Shown here: positions 9,544-18,559 of the stretch, one piece after another | Numbering within the stretch: position 1 is the stretch's first letter | Layout of the letters: every line of letters begins with the position of its first letter | Made by a program: the position numbers and the translations under genes | Source of the DNA: Candidatus Thorarchaeota archaeon | GTDB taxonomy: Archaea; Asgardarchaeota; Thorarchaeia; Thorarchaeales; Thorarchaeaceae | NCBI GenBank assembly: GCA_046482545.1 | Contig: JAWOEX010000031.1 | Location: forward strand, 1-33,560 | Length of the DNA stretch: 33,560 nt | Direction of reading: 5' to 3' | Notes under the pieces: generated by a model | What the model was told of the DNA's origin: nothing | The model's database searches: none | What the model saw: only the letters and a program-made list of their open reading frames with translations

Positions 9544-10326
9544 TCACTTGCCAGAAGCCAATTTTCTGCCAAAGGTTAGATAGCCTGTATGACCTACCAT
9601 CCATGTTTTTGGCCGTGTCTTGCCTTCTCGAACCAGTAGCTCGCGCTGCATCACTTCAAGGGTTTTGATCATTCCCCAACTGGCACTTTGCCCCATGACT
9701 TTGCATGTCTTCATCGTCTGTTCTATCGTAGGACTGTAACTAGCGAGGTAACAGCTAGGTTTCAGTGCATCATGAACCAAATCCACGATTTTCCAAGGCG
9801 TGGCCAAATCAAGAACTACGGCGTCAACATCGTTTTCTTCAATACCCTCTACAATGTCTTTGTTATACATAGTGACGTTATCCAGTGCACCGTATTTCTT
9901 CAGATTCTTTCGCGCTCCGTTGTACATATCTTTGCGGACTTCGTAGGTGTAGATGTGTCCGGAGGATCCTACGGCGTTAGACAAAATGAAGGTGAGTGCA
10001 CCTGACCCAGTTCCAGCTTCAACAACTCTGGAACCTGCTCTGATTCCAGCTTCAACAAGTATTGTTCCCGCATCTTTAGGATAGACGATTTGAGTATGGC
10101 GACCCATCGCTATCTGAATGTCTGTCTGGCTTGGCTTATGAACCTGAAAATCAATACCCGAATGGCTCTCCACGCGTATACCGAACGGGCGCCCAATCAT
10201 ATCATCATATTCAATCATGCCCTTATTGGAATGGAATGCCTTGCCTTCCTGAACCTTTCGTATCCAATTACGTTTGCCATCCAAGAATATGTATACTAAG
10301 TCGCCATCCTGTATCAAGTTCTGCAT
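9544..10326 (-). CDS. trmI: tRNA (adenine-N1)-methyltransferase, TrmI/GCD14 family
   Basis: TQIVYPKD, VVEAGTGSGALT, DAVVLDLATPW, YSPTIEQ, MVGHTGYLTF. Confidence 0.96.
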   Translation of the reverse strand: MQNLIQDGDLVYIFLDGKRNWIRKVQEGKAFHSNKGMIEYDDMIGRPFGIRVESHSGIDFQVHKPSQTDIQIAMGRHTQIVYPKDAGTILVEAGIRAGSRVVEAGTGSGALTFILSNAVGSSGHIYTYEVRKDMYNGARKNLKKYGALDNVTMYNKDIVEGIEENDVDAVVLDLATPWKIVDLVHDALKPSCYLASYSPTIEQTMKTCKVMGQSASWGMIKTLEVMQRELLVREGKTRPKTWMVGHTGYLTFGRKLASGK

Positions 10327-10441
10327 ACCTCTAATGCTCCTTCCCTAGTTTTGAGTGTTCCTGATTATGTTCAACGTGTTATGCTCGTATGGGTATGCGC
10401 TTATAAGGTGAATATGTTGACAATCGAACCGGTGTACTATA

Positions 10442-10798
10442 TTGAGCAAAGCAGATATACGGCCTCCCGTGAACCTAAAATTAGCATCAATGACAGATCT
10501 TGCCAGAATGCTCGTTTCTTGGTCTCAGAGGGAACGGACGGCGAGTATGCTCTATTTCCAGCATAATGACACACACATCTATGGCACACTGATTTCAAAT
10601 CATGGTTACTATGAATACCACGGCATGCCTCTCTGGGTTTACACTGAGGGTGATGAGCCACCTGCTGGTAGCTTTCTTGCGTACAAGTCGCGTCCCGAGG
10701 AGAGTGTGAAGTTTGTCAATAATGTGGATAGCGAGCCCATGATCGTTCACTTGCCTGTAATCAGGCTGGCAGAGAAACTGGAAATCCTGGACTTGTAA
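10442..10798 (+). CDS. Small conserved archaeal hypothetical protein (resembles uncharacterised 'cren protein' type)
   Basis: 118-aa ORF divergent from trmI with TTATAA box about 35 bp upstream; DLAR...YY..G.P...LPVIRL pattern recalled from TACK/Asgard hypotheticals. Confidence 0.65.
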   Translation: MSKADIRPPVNLKLASMTDLARMLVSWSQRERTASMLYFQHNDTHIYGTLISNHGYYEYHGMPLWVYTEGDEPPAGSFLAYKSRPEESVKFVNNVDSEPMIVHLPVIRLAEKLEILDL

Positions 10799-10821
10799 TC
10801 GGAACTATCCCTCCACATCGT

Positions 10822-11262
10822 TCACTCGCGGTCCTTTGTTGACCAGAAACTGCTTTTCCGGGTCAGCCAGTTTCTCAGGTCTCTCAGGATGAGATCATGA
10901 TCGAACGCTAGGTCTCCTGACTGCAGCGAGTCGATTCCACGCCATTTAGCTTCAGCTGCATCGTCACCACCTTGAGGTGTCCCCTTCACAGGGCGTGCTA
11001 CAAATACTGTGGTGATGTTGTGCCCTCGTGGATCCCGGTCTGGAGCACTGTATACCCCAAGTATGCCCTGCAGTTCAATCTCGATCGCTGTTTCTTCTTT
11101 TGCTTCGCGAACTGCCGTTTCTTCTACAGTTTCCCCGTATTCAACAAAACCACCTGGCAAAACCCAGCACCCTTTAAACGGGTCATTTTTCCTTTTCACA
11201 ACAACAACTCTTTTTCCATCCGTAATCGCGATATCGACAGTCGGCTTTGGGTTCCTATACAT
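10822..11262 (-). CDS. NUDIX hydrolase (ADP-ribose pyrophosphatase-like)
   Basis: Nudix box PGGFVEYGETVEETAVREAKEET, plus RDPRGH, GDDA and LAFDH; likely start ATG at 11262. Confidence 0.95.
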   Translation of the reverse strand: MYRNPKPTVDIAITDGKRVVVVKRKNDPFKGCWVLPGGFVEYGETVEETAVREAKEETAIEIELQGILGVYSAPDRDPRGHNITTVFVARPVKGTPQGGDDAAEAKWRGIDSLQSGDLAFDHDLILRDLRNWLTRKSSFWSTKDRE

Positions 11263-11437
11263 CAGTACAACCCCTGTGCACATCGAACATGCAGCAAAGA
11301 ATATCACTACTTTGCAAATGAAGATCTCCCTGATTTGTGCAAAGATACTCTCAGCATCTCCATAGTGAGTAGCTGTAAGATGAGATTAACACTGTGAAGA
11401 ATGTATATGTTTTCACTCGATTGTATGAAACGGGTTA

Positions 11438-12490
11438 TCAGTACATCTCCCTTGGGGACGCGCTAGCATAAGCGACAGCAGAAAGTGCAGCGAATATGAT
11501 AAAGGCCAACCATATGACCAGAGTCACAACCAATAGGTCCGTCTTGAAAAAAATCTCAACAATGAGAAACACACCGACAACAAGGATATTCCCTGGCCCT
11601 CCAAGTGTTTGCTCCTCACCAACATCCAGTCTCCATTTGATGAGTGTCATAATTCCAACTATCCCCATTGATATCCAGTTTATGTACTGCTTGAACAACC
11701 AAGACATGTCAAGAAAAGGTATTGTCCCCAATGAGGTGGGAATCGGAGGTAGATACAGCAGGAGAAAGAGCAAGTAAAGGAGGGTTTCGCCTACACGGAT
11801 TTTGTTTGTTGGGGTGCGGATGTAGCTCCGACCGTATACCCCCTTATCATATTCATTTGCTGCGAAGTAGATGAAATGAAATGGTGAGCCGAAACTAAGG
11901 ACATTAACAAGGCATTGAGCTATACCATACACAACTCCGAACCAGAAACTGCTCCATGCACCGAGGATGGCTTCCCAGACCTCCAAGTATCTTGGGGCAA
12001 AGAGCATGAATACGTGGATGGGTAATATCGATAGTAAGATACCTAGGATTATTGCAACAAGTTTGGCTAGCCCCCCTCCCCCCAGCTTTCCTTTTGCAAC
12101 CTTGTAGATGACTTCGGCGGCAACAAGCAACCCACCTACAACTGCTAAGGGGGCAGCTACCATTGGAAAAATAAAAAACATCAGTACGAAGGCGGCATTC
12201 ATACCGTAGAAGATGCGCCATCTAAGCGGGACAGATGTGGTTGTTTCGTGCATCATGTGAATGGTATTGGCGAGCCGATATCTGTTGAAATAGAGAAATG
12301 ATACCCATGGTGTGCAGAAGAGAGCAGGAACAAGCAAATGATGAAACAACCAGCTCAGAAGGGGGTTCGGAAGTGGCTGTAACTGAAATGGCAGGACGAA
12401 CATGAGGAGGAAGAAGTAGACGGGTAGGAAGATTCCCATTGCTGCCACCGTGACCCGGGTTTTCAGCCAGTCTGGAGACACTTCATCCAC
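11438..12490 (-). CDS. Multi-pass membrane protein of unknown function (350 aa)
   Basis: About 9 hydrophobic segments; GTG start; divergent from pyrF. Confidence 0.78.
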   Translation of the reverse strand: MDEVSPDWLKTRVTVAAMGIFLPVYFFLLMFVLPFQLQPLPNPLLSWLFHHLLVPALFCTPWVSFLYFNRYRLANTIHMMHETTTSVPLRWRIFYGMNAAFVLMFFIFPMVAAPLAVVGGLLVAAEVIYKVAKGKLGGGGLAKLVAIILGILLSILPIHVFMLFAPRYLEVWEAILGAWSSFWFGVVYGIAQCLVNVLSFGSPFHFIYFAANEYDKGVYGRSYIRTPTNKIRVGETLLYLLFLLLYLPPIPTSLGTIPFLDMSWLFKQYINWISMGIVGIMTLIKWRLDVGEEQTLGGPGNILVVGVFLIVEIFFKTDLLVVTLVIWLAFIIFAALSAVAYASASPREMY

Positions 12491-12520
12491 CTTGAGAATT
12501 GCCTGCCATCATGGATATAA

Positions 12521-13378
12521 GTGTTGAACTCCATAGGTGCACTGGAGGTCTTGGAAATTCCCGACGGGTCCTTGAAACGCAAGCTGTCTGCTGCCGCCTA
12601 TGTACGAAAAACGAGATTGGTTATTGGCCTAGACTTGACTCCCAAGCTACCCCTCACAAGTGAAGCAGCTCGGGGAACCGAAAAAGCACGTTTGGAGAGC
12701 GAAGCGCGAAGAATCATAGAATTGACTTCTGACTACGCTGTCGCTTACAAAATCAACCGTCACCTGATGTTACCACTCGGTCTCTTCGATAGGATACCAG
12801 GTATCGTCGACGCCATCCATGACGAAGCTCTGATTGCGATTATGGACTGCAAACTGAATGATATCGGACATAGCAATGAGTGGATTGCCAACCACTACTT
12901 CGATGCTGGTTTTGATGCTATTATCGCTAATCCGATAGTAGGCTGGGACAGCGGTCTTAAGCCTGTTTTTGAAACCGCGGAAAAGAAGAAACGAGGAGTC
13001 ATCACTCTTTGCTACATGTCACATCCTGCTGCTGATGAGGGATATGGTCTAATGGTTGCTACGGAAAACAAGAAGAAGAATCTTGAGCCCCTCTACGTGA
13101 CTTTTGCACGAAGGTCGAGACGATGGGGCGCAGATGGTACGATAGTAGGGGCCACGTACCCTAACAAGATACGGGAGATACGAGAGGTGCTCGGTGATGA
13201 GATTCCTATATTCAGCCCCGGAGTAGGAGCTCAGGGCGGAGACGCAGAAACAGCAATCGAAGCAGGAGCATCCTACGTAATTGTTGCTAGATCGATAATC
13301 AATGCTGATGACCCCGCTGCAGTAGCCAAGAGAATCGCGGCCGAAACTTGGAAGGATTCTCACCCATGGCTTTCCTAG
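12521..13378 (+). CDS. pyrF: Orotidine-5'-phosphate decarboxylase
   Basis: IGLD, AYK, DCKLNDIGHS (DxKxxDIxxT-type), VGAT, SPGVGAQGG, IVARSI; exact start uncertain. Confidence 0.95.
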   Translation: MLNSIGALEVLEIPDGSLKRKLSAAAYVRKTRLVIGLDLTPKLPLTSEAARGTEKARLESEARRIIELTSDYAVAYKINRHLMLPLGLFDRIPGIVDAIHDEALIAIMDCKLNDIGHSNEWIANHYFDAGFDAIIANPIVGWDSGLKPVFETAEKKKRGVITLCYMSHPAADEGYGLMVATENKKKNLEPLYVTFARRSRRWGADGTIVGATYPNKIREIREVLGDEIPIFSPGVGAQGGDAETAIEAGASYVIVARSIINADDPAAVAKRIAAETWKDSHPWLS

Positions 13379-13488
13379 GCGCAGTTCGATATTGAACAGA
13401 AATGTACATCAGCGAACGAAGATTATCTTTGGACATCACTCGCTATCAGAAACAGATAAAGGCAATATTGCTCTTCTCTTATGCGTGT

Positions 13489-13508
13489 CATGTACACTTC
13501 TGTACATG
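13489..13508. promoter_or_regulatory. Perfect inverted repeat CATGTACA-cttc-TGTACATG upstream of aminotransferase
   Basis: 8-bp arms with 4-nt spacer, about 55 bp upstream of ATG 13564. Confidence 0.35.
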
Positions 13509-13563
13509 CAACAAATGACAGGGGCTAACAGCTCAACAGATTATCTATCTGGAGCGAATTGAT

Positions 13564-14835
13564 ATGGATAATAAGGAAGGCTTTGGTTTTGCGGCATGGA
13601 CTGAATTCATTCCTGCCAGCCAGATTCGGACGCTTCTCAAGTACGATGTAGAATACTACTTCGCAGGTGGAAAGCCGGGTATCATTCCAACTGATACCTT
13701 TGCGAAGATTCTCCAAGAACTTGGCAAAGAGTACTCCGAGAAGCCCAGGCTGGCATTGGAAGACCTGAACTACGGAACCACAGGTGGACAGAAGTGGTTC
13801 CGACAGACTCTCGCAAGGAGGCTCTGTGACAAGAGAGATATCAATATTGACTGCGAGAGCGAATGGGAGAGCGTATCAATAACAACTGGCTCACAACAGG
13901 CACTATATGCCTTGCTGGATATTCTTATCGACCCGGGCGATGTCATCATCACTCCTTCACCGGCATACCTTGGTTTCCTTGGTCCAGCGGTCAAATTAGG
14001 AGCACGAGTAATCACCGTGCCAACTGATTTGGATGGTATCATTCCCGAATACGTGGAGAAGGCCATAAATCTCTCGAACGCGAAGTTTGGTAAGAATCCT
14101 GACATAGTTTACGTAGTTCCTGATTCTGATAACCCCAAGGGCACTACCTTGCCAATGAAACGAAGGCAGGAACTCTTTGACATCTGTGAGAACCACAATA
14201 TCATCCTCTTGGAGGACTCAGCATACGCTGAGATTCAGTTCAAGGAAACACATTTGAAGCCTATCAAGAGCTTTGACAAGGACAACAATCGAGTCGCATA
14301 TCTTGGTACCACAAGCAAGGAAGCAGCAGTTCTACGAGTCGGTTATTCAGTGATGCCTGACTCTGTGAGAGATCAAGTTCTCAAATCCAAGGGCTATCTT
14401 GACTTGTGTACATCCACTTTAATCCAGCGTATACTTGATGTATACTATCGTGAGTACATTGATGACGTGCTGGAAGAGGGAGTCAAGGGATACAGGAAAC
14501 GCTATGAGGCCATGGCCGAAGCTATTGATGAATCATTTCCGCCTGGAAAGCGCACAGATCCTACAGGTGGCTTTTTCATTTGGTGGCAGAGTGAAGAGGA
14601 ATTTGATGCGCGCGACTTCCTGAAAGAGGTTGCGATTCCAGCCGATGTTCTATATGTACCAGGAACTGCATTCTATCCAATCACCGGATACAGCCTAGGA
14701 AATGACCAGGATGAATTGGTACGGAGCAAGCCTGAACATAACACGATGAGGCTTGGATACTCTTACGCCGAGCCAGAGGTGATATCTACGGGAATTCGAA
14801 GACTTGGCGATTTGCTAAGTGAGCACCTTCAGTAG
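13564..14835 (+). CDS. PLP-dependent aminotransferase class I/II (2-aminoadipate/aromatic aminotransferase, LysN/MocR-like)
   Basis: FAGGKP, ITTGSQQAL, NPKGTT, EDSAY, GTTSK (PLP lysine), LRVGY, GGFFIW, MRLGYS. Confidence 0.93.
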   Translation: MDNKEGFGFAAWTEFIPASQIRTLLKYDVEYYFAGGKPGIIPTDTFAKILQELGKEYSEKPRLALEDLNYGTTGGQKWFRQTLARRLCDKRDINIDCESEWESVSITTGSQQALYALLDILIDPGDVIITPSPAYLGFLGPAVKLGARVITVPTDLDGIIPEYVEKAINLSNAKFGKNPDIVYVVPDSDNPKGTTLPMKRRQELFDICENHNIILLEDSAYAEIQFKETHLKPIKSFDKDNNRVAYLGTTSKEAAVLRVGYSVMPDSVRDQVLKSKGYLDLCTSTLIQRILDVYYREYIDDVLEEGVKGYRKRYEAMAEAIDESFPPGKRTDPTGGFFIWWQSEEEFDARDFLKEVAIPADVLYVPGTAFYPITGYSLGNDQDELVRSKPEHNTMRLGYSYAEPEVISTGIRRLGDLLSEHLQ

Positions 14836-14844
14836 TACACTCAT

Positions 14845-14875
14845 GGTGCCGGGGACAATCCCGGTGCCTTTCTCA
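14845..14875. terminator. GC-rich hairpin between convergent aminotransferase and bshC genes
   Basis: GGTGCCGGG-gacaat-CCCGGTGCC: 9-bp stem with 2 G-U pairs on the + strand, followed by pyrimidines. Confidence 0.45.
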
Positions 14876-14876
14876 T

Positions 14877-16592
14877 TTATACCATGAAGTTGACAAACAG
14901 AGTCGAGCCATTTTTCAGTTCAGGAACGTAGGCTCGTTCGTATGGCCCGAACAAATCGGTGAAACCTGAGTTAATAACCCACTCTATCCACGACCATGTA
15001 GCCTCCTGTCCAATTTTTCCCTTGGTGTACTGACCATATACCCAGCTGAGATATCGTTCCATTTCAAGGCGGGTTATCTGAAGCTGTTGGTTGTTCTTGC
15101 CGCTTGCTTTTTTTCGTTCCTTTTCCAACTGCTCAATGCCTTGGTTGATTTTCTTATGAGAACTATGCAAAAGGGACCTGAAATCTTGTGCTGCGCTGTT
15201 CATTTCAGAATAGTCTTCTGATTGACGGGCCCTCGTAATGCGCCCGATGGTATTGAACATGTCACCTCCATGGAGTGTAGGTTTGTCCTTTTGCTTCAGT
15301 GTTCTTGACAGACCCTCAGCCCATGGCGTATTGAAGTAGACACGAGGATACTTCAGGAATGACGGGAATGGAACTCCAAGTTCTTCTGCTACCGGGATGA
15401 CCTGCGCGTAGTAGGCAGTCTCACCTCCCCCTCCAATGTGAACTACGATTGGTAAAATCGTATCAATGACGAACTGCCTTGAATCAACTCTGGGTGATAT
15501 ATTCTCAGCAATTTCGCTCAAGTCTGGTTTCTCTGCATCAAATTCCAGTTTAACAGGCCTTCCACAAGATGGACATCGTCCTGTGAGAATTGCTCTTGCG
15601 CCTTCTTGCCTGTAATGCATTTCAACTCTGCTAGAATGACATCCCTTTTCCTGACACTCGTAGAAAAAGGGGACATAATCAGGCGACCTTTCGCCTGCTC
15701 CCGTATCGAATCCATTTTCCTCGATAAGTCTTGTTGCACGTGTCTGGGCTTCAACAAACTTCTTCCGGTTTTGAGCAGCGAGAAGATACTCAAAACCCTC
15801 AGTCATGAGCTTTCTTATCTCAGGATTGGATGAGGGAAGCACAGGCAGTCCGAGATCACCTTCTACGTTGAGTAGTCTTCCAATGATTCTCTGGGCCCAT
15901 TCTCCAAGAGTTTCCGAGTTGTAGAATGACCATCGAGTAACTGCAAGGGCCGCTTCAAGGCGTTCTTCCAACAACTTGGTGCCTGTACCTGATAGGGGTT
16001 TGAACAAATCATTGTAGTTCTTGCGGATACTATTCTCAACTTCGGAATACCATGTGGAATCAGGGAGCGGCAATATACTTACCGGAGAATGTTCATATCC
16101 TTCGGGTACTGGCAGGCTGATTAGATTGCCTGATTGTCCCATAAGAGGGGTCCTAATATTGACAAGCTCGGCTTGAACCTCATCATAATCGCCTACAAAG
16201 AAGAACGCCGACAGGTTGTTTTCTTTCGAGAAGCTTGATACTATCTTCGCTGAGGCCGCCTTGTTCAGGATGTAACATGGCCCTCCCATCACCACACTTT
16301 GATGAGCAGCTTCAACTGCTCCATTTGATAGATTGTCAATGCTATCTTCGACAGCGGGTGTCAGGCAACCTAATCTTGAATTCGTTTCAAGAAGCACGGA
16401 CTTGAGGGAGTCAAGTCGTTTCTCTGGGACAAAGTTGGTTTCCTGATATGCCTCAAGAATTCTAGGTGCCCGTTGAGCAGCTTCACCCATTGTCTGCGGT
16501 GGATTGCCATACAAAAAATCCGCCAAGTCTTTTTTCTCTGATTTCCATATGTAGTCGTAATAGATTTTAGTCGCAATTGGTGTCAACGCCAC
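14877..16592 (-). CDS. bshC: Bacillithiol biosynthesis cysteine-adding enzyme BshC homolog
   Basis: AAHQSVVMGGPCYILNKAASA (cf. TGQQ..L..GP.Y...KA), GDYDE (cf. EDHD), ISPRVDSR (cf. SPNV..R), ILPIVVHIGGGGETAYYAQ (cf. LP...IGGPGE.AY.AQ); 9 bp downstream of bshA with GGAGTG SD. Confidence 0.88.
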   Translation of the reverse strand: MALTPIATKIYYDYIWKSEKKDLADFLYGNPPQTMGEAAQRAPRILEAYQETNFVPEKRLDSLKSVLLETNSRLGCLTPAVEDSIDNLSNGAVEAAHQSVVMGGPCYILNKAASAKIVSSFSKENNLSAFFFVGDYDEVQAELVNIRTPLMGQSGNLISLPVPEGYEHSPVSILPLPDSTWYSEVENSIRKNYNDLFKPLSGTGTKLLEERLEAALAVTRWSFYNSETLGEWAQRIIGRLLNVEGDLGLPVLPSSNPEIRKLMTEGFEYLLAAQNRKKFVEAQTRATRLIEENGFDTGAGERSPDYVPFFYECQEKGCHSSRVEMHYRQEGARAILTGRCPSCGRPVKLEFDAEKPDLSEIAENISPRVDSRQFVIDTILPIVVHIGGGGETAYYAQVIPVAEELGVPFPSFLKYPRVYFNTPWAEGLSRTLKQKDKPTLHGGDMFNTIGRITRARQSEDYSEMNSAAQDFRSLLHSSHKKINQGIEQLEKERKKASGKNNQQLQITRLEMERYLSWVYGQYTKGKIGQEATWSWIEWVINSGFTDLFGPYERAYVPELKNGSTLFVNFMV

Positions 16593-16601
16593 TACACTCC
16601 A

Positions 16602-17762
16602 CTACTCTAGTATCGATTCGAGCATGTTTTCATAAATTGGAACGATTCTTTCTGCAGAGAAATCCTCTTCTACCCGCTTTCGGGCAGCCTTGCCCATTTT
16701 TTCACGAAGGCTCCTATCAGCTACCAGTTGAATAATAGTATTGGCATATTCTTCCTGTTCGAATCCCTCTGTCACCATTCCATCTTTCCCCTTTCTAACG
16801 AGTTCAGGAATACCTCCTGCAGGAGTTGTTACTACCGGTACTCCACTGGACATGGCCTCAAGGAGAACAAGTGGCATTCCTTCCATGGTTGAATTCTGTA
16901 GAAAGATATCTGCGGCCGACATTATCTGGTTCATATTACTTCTGATTCCCAAAAGATGGACGTTGTGGCAGAGATCAAGTTCCTCAATTTTCCTTTCGAC
17001 CTCAGTCCGGGCTGGTCCATCGCCCACTATTACGAGTCTAGTGTTAGGATGATGATCGACCACCTTCCGCATTATTTCAATGAGCTGAGGAACCCGCTTG
17101 ACTTTCCTGAAGTTTGAGGCATGTAGTAAAACCAACTCGTCCGGTTTTATCTCCGTTGCGTCCTCTTCGCGTCTAACCGAAACACAACCGCTCTTGACCA
17201 CTAGCCTGAAACCCTCGCTAGGAGCGAATCGGTCAGTATCTATGAAATTGGGGATTACTCTGATGTCTCGTTCTATGCCAAGCCCCTCATGTGCTTCTCT
17301 TCTCAAGAAATCCGAGACAGAATTCACAGCGTTAGCATTCTCTACTGTGTGCTCAACTACAGGACGATATGCAGGATCTTGACCCAATGTGTGCACATCT
17401 GAACCGTGAAGGGTCACTGCATATGGAATATCAATAATTTCGCGGGCCATGTATGCAGCCATAGCATGGGGAATTGCATAATGGCAATGTATCAACTCGA
17501 GGTTCGAATCTCTTGCCACTTTCACTATTTTGGATGTTAAGGCCATTGCATAAGGTGGACCGATAGCTTCGAAGAGAGGATAATCAAATCTATCAACCAG
17601 ATCTACGTAGACGCTTCCTGCTTCTTCCCACATTAGGGCGAACGGCTCTTCATATGTGATGAAATGCACTTCGTGCCCTCTATCGGCTAGATGCTGTCCT
17701 AGCCGAGTTCCAAGATAGCCCGAACCACCGACGGTCGGATAAAGACAGACTCCAATTCTCAT
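16602..17762 (-). CDS. bshA: N-acetyl-alpha-D-glucosaminyl L-malate synthase BshA (GT4 glycosyltransferase)
   Basis: MRIG..YPTVGGSG, RGHEVHFITY, YPLF..PPY, HCHYAIPHA, TLHGSD, NFID, HASNFRKVKRV, LVLLEAM, GGIPE: BshA-specific signatures. Confidence 0.92.
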   Translation of the reverse strand: MRIGVCLYPTVGGSGYLGTRLGQHLADRGHEVHFITYEEPFALMWEEAGSVYVDLVDRFDYPLFEAIGPPYAMALTSKIVKVARDSNLELIHCHYAIPHAMAAYMAREIIDIPYAVTLHGSDVHTLGQDPAYRPVVEHTVENANAVNSVSDFLRREAHEGLGIERDIRVIPNFIDTDRFAPSEGFRLVVKSGCVSVRREEDATEIKPDELVLLHASNFRKVKRVPQLIEIMRKVVDHHPNTRLVIVGDGPARTEVERKIEELDLCHNVHLLGIRSNMNQIMSAADIFLQNSTMEGMPLVLLEAMSSGVPVVTTPAGGIPELVRKGKDGMVTEGFEQEEYANTIIQLVADRSLREKMGKAARKRVEEDFSAERIVPIYENMLESILE

Positions 17763-17866
17763 CAACATTGACCCAAGGTACAAACCTCTGAATGACCTTT
17801 AAGCAAACTGGTTTAGCATTCAAGCTCTGGCAAACCTTGATTAACAAGTTAAAGGAATTCTAATCT

Positions 17867-18535
17867 ATGACCCAACATTCTGACCCTTCAATTCTTGCCG
17901 TCGTTGCGCATCCGGATGACGAGTGCTTGGGAGCAGGAGGAACTATCTCTGTTCATACTCGGCGAGGATTTCCGGTTGATGTCCTATGCATGACTGGAAC
18001 CGAAGAGCGCAATGAGGAACTCAAATCGGCATGTTCCACGCTAGGGGTTCGACATGTCCTGACGAACATACGAGATGATTTTGACATCAAGCTTTCTATG
18101 AAGGATGAAGTTGCTGATGCCATACTTAGGACGAAGCCGACAATTATCATCACGCACTCCGAACGGGATTACAATGATACTCATGTCACATGCTCACAAG
18201 TAGTTGATCAGGCTGCTGAATGGGCTTCGCACAAGACCATATTCGATAACGCCCACAGAGTTAGGCGAATTCTCAATATGGAAATAAATTCGCTGATTGC
18301 AATCCCTAATCTGGTAATGGATATCTCTGAGGGCTATGAATCCGCAATGAAGGCATTACGGCAGCATGAATCACAAATCGGGAAGGCGGAAGGATATTAC
18401 GAGAAACTCTACGACTACAGAACAAAGCTACGTGGTCTTCAAGGTGGATGTAGTAGAGGCGAAGCATTCACAGTCAAGAGTCCGATACAGGCAGGCCCCT
18501 TCTACCCCGAAAATAGCGTTAAGACCCTGCTCTGA
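17867..18535 (+). CDS. bshB: PIG-L/LmbE-family deacetylase, probable BshB (GlcNAc-malate deacetylase)
   Basis: AHPDDE..G.GGT zinc motif, R..E...A...LG, P.IIITH, DIS, AL..H.SQ, R..L.G...G...EAF; divergent from bshA. Confidence 0.8.
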   Translation: MTQHSDPSILAVVAHPDDECLGAGGTISVHTRRGFPVDVLCMTGTEERNEELKSACSTLGVRHVLTNIRDDFDIKLSMKDEVADAILRTKPTIIITHSERDYNDTHVTCSQVVDQAAEWASHKTIFDNAHRVRRILNMEINSLIAIPNLVMDISEGYESAMKALRQHESQIGKAEGYYEKLYDYRTKLRGLQGGCSRGEAFTVKSPIQAGPFYPENSVKTLL

Positions 18536-18559
18536 CAAGGTATGTTTGAATAGAGCGAA

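Noticed and set aside
13564-14835. Aminotransferase as part of the bsh cluster
   Set aside because: Convergent orientation with a hairpin between the genes; no transamination step is known in bacillithiol synthesis
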